Assembly (NCBI GenBank): GCA_964247055.1
Contig: OZ176054.1
Location: 9,672,001-9,736,000 of the forward strand
Origin: Paragordius varius
Lineage: Eukaryota; Animalia; Nematomorpha
DNA: 64,000 nucleotides
Direction of reading: 5' to 3'
Part shown: in pieces, positions 50,725 to 64,000 of the stretch
Layout: each line of letters starts with the position of its first letter
Numbering within the stretch: the first letter of the stretch is position 1
Translations under genes and position numbers: made by a program
Notes under the pieces: model-generated
The model's input: only the letters and a program-made list of their open reading frames with translations
What the model was told of the DNA's origin: nothing
Database searches by the model: none

Positions 50725-51469
50725 CTATATGTAAAATATTCTTCCATAATATATAAAATCTTTAATTATTCTAAATAACATTAAATGTCCCAAAAATGTC
50801 CCAACGCCCCAAGGGGTATAAAAATCTAGGGGCGAAGGAGGGTGTAAAAAATTTGGAGAAACGACCTTAAATTTATGTTATAACATAATGTTTACTTTTA
50901 TTTGATAATTGAATCACTTATTATTATTAAATTAACTTTTGGATCAACGTATTTATGTGGATTGGATTCTGAGCATTGTTCAATCAAAAAATTAAAATGG
51001 AGACATAAAGGTTAATGGGGACAGGTGAAAATTATCACGATTTGTCCCAGATATGGAAAAATATTTCAACAATTGCATATACAAAGTTACCATAGATTAT
51101 AATTATATTATAATAAATTTTGGAATATTTATCTTTGTTTTTTGGAGTGGGAGAGGGGGGCGCAATATTTTTTTTCAATTTGGTGGGGAATGAATAAAAA
51201 TAGGTTAGTAATTACTACATTAGTGCTTTTCTTCCAAAATATAAATTTGGTAAACAAATGCACTAATAAGGCTGTGCTCTTATATGCCTTAGATCCTGAA
51301 ATGCCTATGTAATCGATAAATATTTATTATCATGTTAGATATATGGCGGGTTTTAACCGTTTAATTGATTAAGCGATGTAACAAATTATTAAAAAATCGT
51401 AAATAAAATGTTACTATCAGAAAAAATTCTGGAGTAAATTGTTACACTCAGGGTTGTCCACACAAATGG

Positions 51470-53150
51470 TTTCACGGGCCGCATTTTTGCACAAAAATCC
51501 GAGGGGGCGGCATTCGCAAAATATATGGGCATTCATAATATTAAATTTCATACATCCAAAAATTAACCATCAAGTTAGGTGTGGGCAAGCTTTTTGGAAG
51601 GCAGGCCACTTCGGAAAAAAAATTCAAATTGGGCCGATTTAAATGTATATAGTTAATAATGCTTTTATATCATTCTCGGTATAAACTATAATGAAAATAC
51701 GAATTAATTTTATACTTTGTAAAAAAAAAATACAATAACCCTATCTAAAAATGTTATATATTATTGTAAACATAAATAACTGGTATTCAGAGATTTCGGA
51801 ATTTCTAAATGGAATCGGCACACCATATAATTTAAGAATTAATTGGTCAGCCGTGAGATTTGAATAGAATTTGTAGGATAGAAAGGGAGATGTAATATGA
51901 TTTTTATATAAAGTAAATGGATAAATGCCTAAAAATTTCTTGTGGCCACGATTCAACGAAAAATTAAATAACAAGCTATTTTCACATCTTGTCTATTAAT
52001 CTTGTAATAAATTGTCTTTTTCTACTTTCTTATCGTAAGTAACGACAAAAAATCTCCAAAATTAATTTATTAAAATTGCTAAAGAAACTTTTAAACAATT
52101 TTATTTGAAACTCAAAACATAAAACCTAGGCTCATTAATAAAAATTTAAAAATGTTAAGATTATATGCATCGCACATGAAACTTAGAAGGATAACCTAAT
52201 ATTGTCTAATTTATTAAAGTCCGTTTGTGTTTGCGATAGTAAGACCCTCATAAAATTATTTAAAATTTCATTCGTCAATCTCGTTCTAAGTATAAAATTT
52301 ATTTTTAAAATGTTTGTTCACATAAATAAGACACAATTCATTGATTTGGCAAAATTTCTTAAATGAAAAAAGTATTTTCTGGCAAATGTTTATAAATAAA
52401 TTATTTTCCTTAAAAATATTTTAAAAAGCACTGCTAGATTGTTAATCAATTAACTCCAACACAGTCATGTGCTATAACAATTTCAAAATCAAAAGGATTT
52501 TCAAACATAATTTAAACCGATTAAAAAAATTATCATCCAGTACTTTTAGTGAATTAATAAAATATGCGAGGATGGTTTGTCGATTACAAACGATTGCAAA
52601 GTAACAAAATGACAGTAACTATTTTTTTTAAAGTGAGAAATAAACAATTTTATTTAGGCTGAAAACCTTTTATTTCTGCACACAGCTTGTTAATTGATTT
52701 GTCCTTTCCTTGTAATAATGAAACACAAAATTGAATATTAATCATATTTAATTTTGCGTTTGTTCGTAGTGGCCAAGCAAATAAAATTCTTTAAACACAA
52801 TTGATTCTTTGCATATTAAGCAAAATTTTTGTTGTAAGTTTTAATAATAATCATAGGTCCAATTTACATTAACTTCGCGGTTTTCTTCCTTAATTTTCCT
52901 TTTCTTTGACATTATATTAGATTTTTTCAGAATATATATCTTTTTACCAATAAGTTAAAATTTGGTTTACGTGTTTATGTGAACATATAAACATTCAGCA
53001 TCAAACTGGTCAAAAGAAAGAATGCGTTTAAAGCAACCCTTTATTTAAAACTAGGTAATATTTAATAAATTTGCGTAACAAAATAAGATTTTAACTTTTT
53101 AAGATTTTTTCGGGCTGCACTATTAAATAATTTTATTGCGCCGGCCTATT
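51470..53150 (-). mobile_element. hAT (SPIN/Buster-like) relic with a transposase N-terminus at ~52912-52640
   Basis: MSKKRKIKEENREVNVNWTYDYY*...FCLICKESIVFKEFYLLGHYE matches the SPIN/GTF2IRD2-type start. Degenerate CAGGGTTGTCCAC...CGGGCCGCA end at 51470. Boundaries are uncertain. Confidence 0.55.
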
Positions 53151-55175
53151 TACGTTTATTTTAATAGAAAAGCAAGAAAAGAATTTGGTACTTTCGGAGC
53201 TTACATTTAAAAATTGAAATTTTATAAAATATTAATTTTCTTTTTATACATACTTTATTTTATATAAGTAATTTCCTAAAAAAATTGCATTTTTCAATAA
53301 ATAATATATGCGTTTTATCAGGATATTTTTCTAACTTCAGATACGCTAAGCGGCTAAGTAAGGCTCCTAAAAATGCGCCACCTTAGAAACAATAATTTTT
53401 ATATTTTTTCCAAAAAAAGAAAAAGTGGATATGGGATCAAATAGATATAAAATTGAAACGCTTTTTCAAACATCAAATAATTCTTCCACATATGTATGAA
53501 TATTTTAAATACGGAAAAAAATGTCTTGTTGCAATGTTTGATGGGTATTTTAAATTTTTTTATTTGGGCGCAGCATATTATATACTAAATTGTTATGGAA
53601 AATATGCATGTTTAACAGTATGATTGGAGATAGAACGTTTTAATCCATTTTTATAGTCAGATAGGTGTTTAGGATGCGCATAACATTGAAAAAATATGAC
53701 TGATCATTTGAATTATAATTGTTTAAATTAAAGATTATGGATAAACTAAAATAAGAATTTATACCTTTTATTAGAAATGCTTTGGTAATAGTTCTTATAT
53801 TCCTGACATTTTGCTCAATATCTATTGTGACAAAGAAAATATGTTTTACAATAAAAATATATGATTTATTTAGTATAATGTCACTTTTTATATTATGTAA
53901 AAGATTGGACATGTATTTTATATTTTCCTAAGAAAAATGTCCAAGTTTTACCTGATAGATTGGGATAGGACTTTTTAAATGTGCATTTCATTCCTTTATT
54001 CTTTTTGAACATTAAGGCGCTAATTTCATATTTGATGGCTATAAAATACCGAAAACATCCAATTAGAAATATAATCATTTTGATAACACTAGACAACAAA
54101 TTTTTCTGCCATCGAGTTTTTTGCATTTTTGATATTTACTATCTTTTAAAGTAAATTTGAATTAAAAATAATTTCCCTAAGAATTTTTTTATAATTTGAT
54201 ATATGATTATGCGTATTCTTTAAAATTTCACTAAAAATATTTATTAAAAATAAAATGATTTCCCATTTGTAATATATCATTCGAAAGAGTTATGAAAGCT
54301 CTATTAAATGCATAGTATATGTTTAACGATAGTTTATATTAAAATAGCCATTTTTTAATTTTTTGTTTTTAAAAATTACCCTTTTAAGTTATTATCTTTT
54401 GAAGGCTTTTAATTTTAAATTTAAAAACTAGATTTATTCTTGATCTTTTTTGGTTATTGGTCTACAGTTATAACTATACATTTTAGTAAGCACTATGTAA
54501 AATAATTATAATAATGATTTTATTAAAAGGAAACCAAAAGCTTTTTTAAAAAAATTTTTAATTTTACTATGTGACACTAATAATTATATTATAATTTATA
54601 TAATTTTTAAAATAGTTTGTCTTTTGACTTATTTATGGGTTAAAAATTTTGACCATATAAAGTTAAATTACTTTAACATCAGATTGATTTATATAACTAA
54701 CTACCATTCGAAAGATTAGGATTGTGCTCTTTGGAATGATATAAAATACATGGCTATATATCTTAAAAAATTATTTTGGAAATTTCAAGTTGTTAAATTG
54801 TGCCAAAAATTTTCGATCCCTAATTCTTAAGTGTTAGATTAATATTTTTTCAGATATTCTATCTATGTACTATAAGTAATATATTTTTAATTTAATTACA
54901 CTAAAAAAAGTCAAAATTTGTTGTCTAGTATAATCCTATTATATATTTTGTACATATAAAAATTTAATTTATATTTAAATTTATTACAAAATTAATCTTT
55001 TATTAGAGGAGATCCAAATTACTAAATCTGTATATTTTAGAGACAAATAATTTTTTTATACAGTATAACAAAAAACCAAAATATCTAAATATGTATTTAT
55101 TGTTCCAAAGTTTTCAGGTGTATTCCTTAAATAGTACGGGTTAACTAAGATAGAGTACGTGGTGAATTACATACC

Positions 55176-58100
55176 TGTTTATATATAACTTGAATAGTAC
55201 CACTTTTATAGATACGCAAATTGTTTATAGCAACGCATACACAATTTACTTTTATTAAAGTTATATAAACGGATAATTATTTTTGCACACACGTTATTAC
55301 CTTAATATTTACTGTGAACATTTAATAAATTCCACACATATCTTATCTTTACGGTTATTCGCTCGCTTACAACAGTGCGGCCATAAAAAGATAGAACCTT
55401 AATTCATTCAACGCGAATTTCAATTTTACCAACTACATTACGTGTCTTAAAAGAAATATCGTAGTAAAGAGTGTGCCAGTCACTGATAAGAAAATAAGAG
55501 CCTGCTTATTGACCTTTGGTGGGATTGAAAACGTGCACAAAATTGAAAACTATTTTTAATTTATCGACACTATATCATGGGGAGAACTATTCAATGCAAG
55601 TTTAAAAATATTCCCCTTCAAAAATTTTTCGTCTCGTTTGAATTTATAAATATAAGGAGGGAATACGCTTAGAGCTTTATAATTTTATACTCCGATTGAA
55701 ACAAATGGCAATGCACTGCCAGGTTAATACTAACATCGATGAACACATACACGATGTGTTGATCGCAGGATTGAACGAACAGGCTGTGGCTGGAATTAAC
55801 CACACGATTCCTAGAAGCCTTGGGTATCTCTATACACAGTCGTTAACACCGTTTTATCGCACGAAAAAGCGCGAAAAGGTATCGCTAATATGGAGGTGTT
55901 GGCGCTTCATACCAATAGTAATAATTCGTATTACAATAAATAATATCCAGAATAGGGATTCTGAAGAGATATAAATAGCGGCGATCAACAAATCAAATGT
56001 CAATAGTAATAAACAATACCAGCCGCGATTACTTACTCCATCCAGTACACTGATCACCCGCGAAAATAAAAGTGTGGCAGAATCTTAGGTTGGGTCAATG
56101 TCCGGCGTGGAAACTATGTTATAAATGTCAAACGAATCATTTCGCGAAAGTATGCCAGGTAAATAAATTTACGCACTTTTTAATAATAATAATAATATAA
56201 ACGCAAAATTTGTCTAATAAATAAATAATATGGAAATCAAAATGATTTTTGATACCGGGTTGGACATTTCAATCTTAAATGTCCAGGACTGGGTTAAAGT
56301 GGGTAAACCTAATATAACAGTAATATTCAATAGTATATTATTATTCAAACATATAATTAAAATAGAGTACATATATTGGGGAAATGCCGGGTTGAAAAAG
56401 AGGTAAACGACATCAAATACCAACCATGCTATATTGTACAAAACATACCTCCTATTTTTGGAATGGACTGGGTTGAATAATTTAAAATTATTAAACTACA
56501 TTATCATGTCAAAAATTCGTTATGTGAAAAAAACATTTGACAAATTTCCTTAATTATTTTCAGAAGGACTCAGGCGTTGGAAAGGCAGCCTTGTTAAAAT
56601 ATAGCAAATAATAGGGGAAAAATTAGGAATGTGTGCCGATAAAGTCAGTATTAACCCTCATATCAGAGCACAGCACATAATATTAACGTTTAATGACCTG
56701 ATTGCTCTTATTTTGTACGGTAAAACATTCTCAACACTCGACCTCAAAGGTGCTAATCTACACATACCCGTAGATACAGGAAGACAAAATCTGTTAACTA
56801 TATCAACTTATATAGGTTTTTTAATATAGCCATTCAACATAAATTGAACCCCTAGTTTTTACCAACAAAAAATGGACAAGTTATTAAAAAATTGTAGGGG
56901 GATATTAGGAGATGTAATTGTTACCGGGGAAACAGAATTTTTTTTGAAAATTTATGTGAAGTCCTAAAACAAATTGGGTCTAAAATTAATATGAGATAAG
57001 TTAAAACTGTAACTCCGTAGAATATGGCGTACCGATGGGGGGGGGGGGGGCAAGGGGGGTGCATCATGCCCCGGGGGCCGTTATTTAGGGGCGTCTAAAT
57101 GAATTTTTTTTAATTAAAATTAAATTATGCCAAAAAAATTTCTTTTATTTTCATCAGATATGCCTAAACTCAGCGGTTACGCAAATAGAAACGAAAAATC
57201 CATGGAGAGAATAAAACAAATAAAATGCGAATGAGTATGAAATCTTATTTAACGAAAATATCTGACCATAACAAAAAAGTGTATGCGACAACATAACGGT
57301 TCCCTTATAACACTAGACAACAAATTTTAACTTTTTTTAACTGCCATTCTTGTAAATTTAAAATTTATTTCATTAAAGTACATAATTAGTATATCTGAAA
57401 AGAAAATTGGTCTCGCATGGAAGAATTTTTTATATTAGAGTTTATCGATAATTTTTGGCCCCGATTTAACATTAAACTCGAAATTTCGAAAATTTAAAGT
57501 TTTAAATATGAAGCCATGTATTTTATATCATTCGAAAGAGCGCAAAAAACTGCATCTTTTAATTGGTAGTAAGTCATTTAAATCAATCGGATGAAAAAGT
57601 TATTTGGATTTAAATGGTCGAAATTTTCAATCCTTAAATAAGTCAAGAATTTTCACAGACATACTAATTTGAAAATCAAATAAATTATTTTAAGATAAGA
57701 ATTAAGGTTATATTAGTATTTAAAGTAAAAAAATGTTTGAAAAAGCTTTTGGTTTGCTTTTTTAATAAAAATTATTATTATCATTAATATTTTACCTAGT
57801 GAATACTAAAATGCATAGTTATAACTGTAAATTTATTACATAATGGCTATAAAAAATTAAACATACCTTTTTGTATTATCTTTAAAATTTAGAAATTACA
57901 GCCTCGTAAAGAAAATAATTTAATATTAATGAGATGGTAATTTTTAAATTACAAAAAACTTAAAAATGGCTGTTTTGAGTGACATAAAAGCAATAAAAAA
58001 TGTTTTAATCAAAAAAAAACTTTCTTGTGTTATCTTTTTTAGACATTCATCTCCCTCTAAATAAAGTTTGAGCTATTTTCATCCATTAGTTTTAAAAATA

Positions 58101-60274
58101 TAATAATTAAAAAAAATGCTCTCGCTTCGCGCGTTTGTCGCTCTTTGTGTCCAATATTAACTGATGTAATACATATTAGTATGCATTTTATAGAGTTTTT
58201 AATACTCTTTCGAATGATATATTACAAATGGGCATTACTTGTATATTTTCAAAGAAAAACATTTTTTAGTAAAATTTTGATAAAGAGGGCGCATAATAAA
58301 AAAATCAAATTATACAAAATTCTTCCATCGAGTTATAATTTTTATTTCAGATTTACTGCTAAAATGATACTAAATATCAGAATATGCAAAATACTCGAGG
58401 GGGAGAAAAATTTGTTGTCTAGTGTAATAATAACTTAAATACTACACCCCTAGTTAATGATCCAATAAATACAGATAAGAAAACTACAAATATACCATTA
58501 GTAATTCCAAGCGCTATCCTATAGAGTTTAATGATGTCGCCTTTTTAAAATTTACTAATAATAGTGTTCCCGTAATATCTAATCAACTTCGCACAAAAAT
58601 GATTATTCGTGGAAATCAACGTTCAAGATCGTTTGAATGACAAAATTGTTGAGTGTGAAAGAAAAATTAAATATGATAGCTTTTAATGATATAATTGATA
58701 ATTTTGCAATATCTAAAGCCAGAAAAATTTTTACATAAAAAAAATTTTTTTTCTTAGTTGCCTCTTTCCCTTCCAAGTAGTAAAATCTCATTTATATACT
58801 TAATATTTTACAGATTAAATAAATTGCATTACATAAATTGTCATAAAATTCCGTTAAAATCTGCATTGTAAAATTCGCCTAGATTTACAACTTTTTAAAT
58901 TGTTCTATCATAAGATCAATTCAATATATGCAACGAAAATTAATGTGTATTATTATTATATTTATAATTACCATATTATAGAATTAGTTAGAATATTTAC
59001 ATGTATGTATTTAATATGAATAAATTTAGTTTCATATATAAATATTTAATAGATTTAAAATTCATATGACTGTGCTGTATTATCTATGGTGTTTAGGTTA
59101 CGTTTGTATTTTTTTAATTATTGGCTTTCAAAAAGAGGAGGGGATGGGGGCGCCATCAGAGTTTTATGCTCCGGGCGCCGCAAATGGTTGGTACGCCACT
59201 GAGTATAAACCGTTAATACCACATATATTAGAATTTTTGGGAAAATGTTTCTGTCGTTTTGGGTACTTCAAGATGATAATAACAGACAACGCGTCTTATT
59301 AAATCATTTGAGTTTGAAAAAAAACTCTGGCATGCTCAAAGATTAAACACGTCCCGTCAGGACCATACCATTCACGGACCAACGGTTTAAAGAGGTTGAT
59401 CTATGCTTTCAAAAACCACTATGCGATGACAAAAACTGGCAACTTACTAGACACCGACGACTCAACCAAACCTTGTGGGGGTACAGTACCTCCCTTTCTT
59501 CCAAGGAAACCCCAGCTCATCTTTTAAAACGTACAATTCAAAATACACTAATTTGGGTGAAAATGACACCAATTAAATTTTAGATAGCCCGGACATACCA
59601 AACGTATTTACGAAAGGGAAGAAAATGTACATTAAAAAAGTACATAGTATTGGATGGAGGGAAGGAGTCGTTTTGGATAGAATAGGGTGGTTGTTATACC
59701 ACGTGAGGGATGGCGAAAAGGTAGTTTAGAAACATGCTGATTAAGAAGCCGGGGTGTTCGGACAGCGTTGGTGGCCAATCGTAAAGTAAAGAAACCGATT
59801 ATGAGGGGTTTATCAAAGTTGGTAAAACGGACAAGAATGACCAGCTAGATGAGGTTGGTAGCAGAATCAATGACAATAGAACAAAGGGTTCCGACAAGCT
59901 AGGGTATGAGGACAAAATCAATGGAGAAACAGGCAAGCTAGATAGCATCCAAGGGCCGGATAGCGGTTATTCTGAATCCTGGACGAAACCTGCAGTTACC
60001 GGAAGTAATACCTCCTTCAACAAACAGTAGGCGTTATACGACTCGTACTAGGAAACCCCCCAGAGATCTGGGACGTGAGGGGGAAGATAGGTTATATATA
60101 TTTTGAATTCATTTAAAAGTACCAATTTTATAGCAACACATACACAATTACTTTTATTAAAAAATATTAACGGAGAATTGTTTTTGCACAGACGTCATTA
60201 CCTTAATTTTGTTCTACTGAGAGCACTTTATTCTGAATATATCTAAACTTTACTGTTATACGCTCGTTACAACA
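55176..60274 (+). mobile_element. Old Ty3/gypsy LTR retrotransposon
   Basis: Diverged LTRs 55176-55374 and 60090-60274, both ending TACAACA. PPT GAGGGGGAAGA; TSD ATACC/ATATC. Relics of gag (DVLIAGL), knuckle (CYKC..NHFAKVC), protease (IFDTG), RT (TFSTLDLKG) and integrase (FGYFKMIITDNASY). Confidence 0.85.
57021..59201. mobile_element. Non-autonomous hAT-like element inserted in the old gypsy
   Basis: Right end GGTACGCCACTG and degenerate left end TGGCGTACC, with GC-rich subterminal blocks. The interior at 57400-58450 is an inverted homolog of ~53900-54950. Confidence 0.65.
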
Positions 60275-60281
60275 ATATCCA

Positions 60282-60390
60282 ATTATGTTCGTCTAGCATT
60301 AAGCGCAAAAATTTATTTTATTAAATTATCGACTTATTTTTTTTTCATAATCATGTCGAATTTTGTTCCTGAAAATAATCATTGCCAATA
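60282..60390 (+). pseudogene. Possible mariner 5' fragment
   Basis: ATG TCG AAT TTT GTT CCT GAA AAT (MSNFVPEN) resembles the start of Mos1-type transposases; very short. Confidence 0.4.
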
Positions 60391-60559
60391 ACCTTCAGAA
60401 ATTAGTGTTTGCGGGTAGATCCATGTAGATCCTCCATTAATTACAAGTGAAAATGCTTACGATATATTAAAAGTTGTGATTGTGGTAGGACTTTGTATAC
60501 CACATAATTGCGAAAACGCTTAAATCCAAGAGTTATTTATTTAAATAAACAACAATCGG

Positions 60560-61200
60560 ATTGCATATCATAAAAAGTGTTCATGGGAATAATCAACAAA
60601 CTCGGTGGTCCCACACAATTTAAATGAGCCTCGAATTCAAATCGCAAATGACTTGTTAAATCCTGCTTCAACGACACCAAAAGTAATCATTATTTGCATC
60701 TAGCCTGCGTTTTATCTATTCTTTTTAACGCTTATCTCGAATGCATACTAAGAAATCTGCCAGAAATTTCTGGCATCAACTTCGGAGGTAACTAGCTCAC
60801 ATCTGTTTATTACGCAGATGATACAGTTATATTTGCGGACAGTATCAACCCCCTATCGCGAATTTCATAGTTGGATAATCAAGTGCTACAAATACGGACT
60901 AAAAATTAACTTAAAAAACAAAAGTAATTCAAAAAACTCAATAATCCTCAACGGAACTATTGAAATTGTAAACAGCTGCACAAATTCAAGTAGAGTAATA
61001 ATAACAACTCTACCACATAAATAAAACGAAGAATCGTCTTTGCAAAATCAATTACTTTCAAACACAGCAAGATTTGGTCGTGGCATGATATCAAATTAAA
61101 AACCAAAAAACAAATAAAGACAGCTGTATGTAAATTTTATTTTCTGAATAACTCTTTCCTATGTTTGGCAATGAGCAAGCAGAAACTGTTAAAATAAGAA
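60560..61200 (+). pseudogene. LINE RT relic
   Basis: YLECILRNLPEISGINFGG, YYADDTVIFADS and YGLKINLK motifs. Confidence 0.75.
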
Positions 61201-62694
61201 GTTATACATTGTTAGTAATTTTTTTACAATCTCATAGTTTGACATCTAATAAAAATTTTATTAATGCCCATATATTTTGCAAATGCGCGTCGGATTCTTC
61301 GAATTATAAATGCGGTCCGCCATTTGTACTAGACACCCCTGATCTAGATTGATATAAATGCGTCAAAAATAGAGGGATATAAAAAACCTTATGAAATATA
61401 CATATATTTGGGGAAAATTTATCAGGATTATCATGGTGCTTTGGTTTTGGCCCTTACAAGTGATTTAAGAAAGTAATTTACACCTTTGTGGTAAGTGTTC
61501 CATATCAGAAAATGAGAAAATATGCGCCCTTTTTAAAAAATTTTTTTTTGGTGTGAAAGCTAGAAACTTTATTCCATAAATTATCACTATAATATAATTT
61601 ACATAAAGCAAAACAATATTTTAAAAAAATTTAATTTTTAGATTTGGGCTCCGAAAGTCCCAAATTTTTTTGCTCCTCCATCTCAAAAAAATTGCTCTAT
61701 ATACATTTTAAGTATCTGCTAAATTTTGTTATCAACTAAAAATAATTTTAAAAAAATGCATAATTTTTTCAAAAATTTAATTTTGAGCATATTTTGTTGA
61801 AGCTTACTTCACACTATTCTGAGTCATGATGGAAACGGTTAAAACGCTTTAAGATATTATAAAAACACTTTTTCTATAATATCATAATGATTATGCAATT
61901 TATTTTATATCGAAATCGTTAAAATTTTATACTTTGTAAAAAATACAATTTCATACATGATAACCTATTCATCTAAAAAAGTTATATTTATTGTGAAATT
62001 CGAGATTAGAATAGAACTTTTAGCATAAATGAATGTTATATAAAAATTATAAAATTCGAATGGATAGGTCTGTTACATTTTTTTGTGGCTACTTTCAATG
62101 AAAAATTTAATAACGAGCTATTTTCATCTTGTTTATTTATATTAATCATTGTCCTTTTTCTATTCTCTTATCGTTTGTAACGACAAAAAATCTCCAAACT
62201 TAATTTATTATTGCAAGATAAACTTTTAAACAATCGATTAAATCTTAAACAATCAAAGCATAACACCAGATTTATATAAATTTAAAGTTGAGCTTCTCTG
62301 CATCGCACATTAGCTAAATTATAAAACTATATTTTAAAGATAAAACATCATAACTGGATATTGTTAACGCCGAAGTGTTATTAATTAGTATTAGGATTTT
62401 ATTCAGCTATAATTGAATGAATTTAAGGAAATTTTGGTATATTACAAATAATATTTGTCAAACGTAAAAATAAAATTAAAATATAACTAAAAATTAAAGT
62501 AAAAATTTATAAGAAATAAAACTATAAAAAACATGTGTGCATTATTATTCAGAAAAAAATTTGTAATGCTATTTATATTGTTGATTCTCTTTCTGTTATA
62601 ATTTCTTTTTATATAAAAACTTTCATTTAATATTCTTTTGGTCTTCTTTTGTTATTTATACAACTTCGGCATCCCAGTTTATATTATGTTTTAT

Positions 62695-64000
62695 CAGGGG
62701 TTCTTAACTATGGGTCGCGACCCCATTGGGGTCGCGAATGATAAAAATACAATTTAACAAAAAATGTTTTTTAACTTTTAAAATTATTGTTATAAAAAAA
62801 ATAACAATTATCGTATATATATATATATATCATCTGGTTCCGAAAAATTGTTTTATACCAGCATTTCTCTTCCGAACATAGCTATTTCACATGTTTTAAA
62901 GAAGATTAAAGAAAGATTGTCTTTGGGAACGTCTTTTGTGAAAAAAACAAATATATTTGCTCTTCTAGTTTTAATTTGTCAGTGCCCTCTGTAACAAGAT
63001 TTTAGTTTTCTTTTTATTCGGTAATTAATAATTAAATATAATCTGCAATATGTTACTATTATATATTTATTGTATTTTAGGATAAAAATAATTTTTGCTT
63101 ATGGATAAATGGCTGTTAAATAAGAATTGTAATGACGCTGATATTAATTCACTAAATTCTTCTCAGTCAGGACAAAGTATTGGAAAAGAGACATCTAATG
63201 TGCGAAAAAGAAAATATGATGAGTCTTTTCTTCAATTTGGCTTCACATTAAAATTGGAATGGTAATTAACAACCTCTTTGTTTGATTAGCAATGAATTAT
63301 TGGCTTCGAAGAGTATGAAACCATCAAAATTAAGAAGACATTTTGAATCAAAGCATGTTTCGTATGTCAATAAACCTAAAGAATATTTTGAAAGACTGTG
63401 TATATATTTAAATAAAGAAAACAAAAACATCGAAAAATTTATCACCGTTAATGAAAAATGTTTACTAGCATCTTATGAAGTTTCATACTGTATTGCTAAA
63501 AATAAAAAGCCGTTCACCATTGGCGATCATCTTGTGTTACCTGCAGCTATTATAATGGTAGATACTACATGGAAAAAAATATGGCGATTATATTCGAAAA
63601 ATTCCTTTGTCAAACGACACTGTCTTAAATAGAATTTCTGATATTAACCAGGTTACAATTAATACAACTTATGACAAGAATTAAAGAAGGCCCAAAAATT
63701 TCGCTTCAGTTGGACGAAACAACTGATATTACTAAATTGGCTCAGTTGTTAGTATATGTCACGTACGTTTATAAAGAAAGCATGGAGGACGAATTGTTAT
63801 TTTGTTGTCCTATGGAAGACCATACTACAGGGAAAGACATATATCGTAAAATGGACGAATTTAAAGCAGAAGGTTTATAATGGAAAATTGCTGTGGAATA
63901 TGCACAGATGGTGCAAGAGCGATGACGGGCAAAAATGCTGGTTTTAAATCATTTTTAGCTGCTCATTATGATCATATAACTTTTACTCATTGCCTTATTC
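62695..64000 (+). mobile_element. hAT Charlie/Buster transposon, left end plus frameshifted transposase running off the window
   Basis: TIR CAGGGGTTCTTAAC. Peptides KRKYDESFLQFGF, SMKPSKLRRHFESKH, LLASYEVSYCIAKNKKPFTIG, SLQLDETTDI and ICTDGARAMTG in shifting frames. Confidence 0.92.

Noticed and set aside
1-64000. CRISPR arrays, rRNA/tRNA genes, prokaryotic operons, or a ciliate genetic code
   Set aside because: No repeat-spacer arrays or structural RNA genes were seen. The tandem repeats are TE subrepeats or exon cassettes, and TAA/TAG behave as stops in the intact pol.

Overview
Very AT-rich, transposon-dense eukaryotic (probably animal) genomic DNA read with the standard code; the organism cannot be named from sequence alone. 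Host genes are all on the minus strand and largely invisible to the ORF track because they are split by ultra-short GT-AG introns (19-30 nt, most often 25 nt). I recognise the 5' part of Integrator subunit INTS9 (703-1350). A large unannotated gene is built from at least 25 symmetric phase-1 exons of 9-153 nt (about 24.2-40.0 kb), possibly continuing into fibronectin-type-III-like exons (20.1-22.5 kb). Further candidate exons lie at 41.0-42.2 kb and 50.4-50.7 kb. The rest is mobile DNA. It includes a Ty3/gypsy element nested in another (5027-13568 containing 7796-11907, both with LTRs, PBS, PPT and TSD) and two older gypsy relics. It also includes several RTE-like LINE relics, three hAT transposase relics, an env-like relic, and many palindromic non-autonomous DNA elements, some inserted inside short introns. 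All gene models are hand-derived from splice signals and frame logic; no searches were run.
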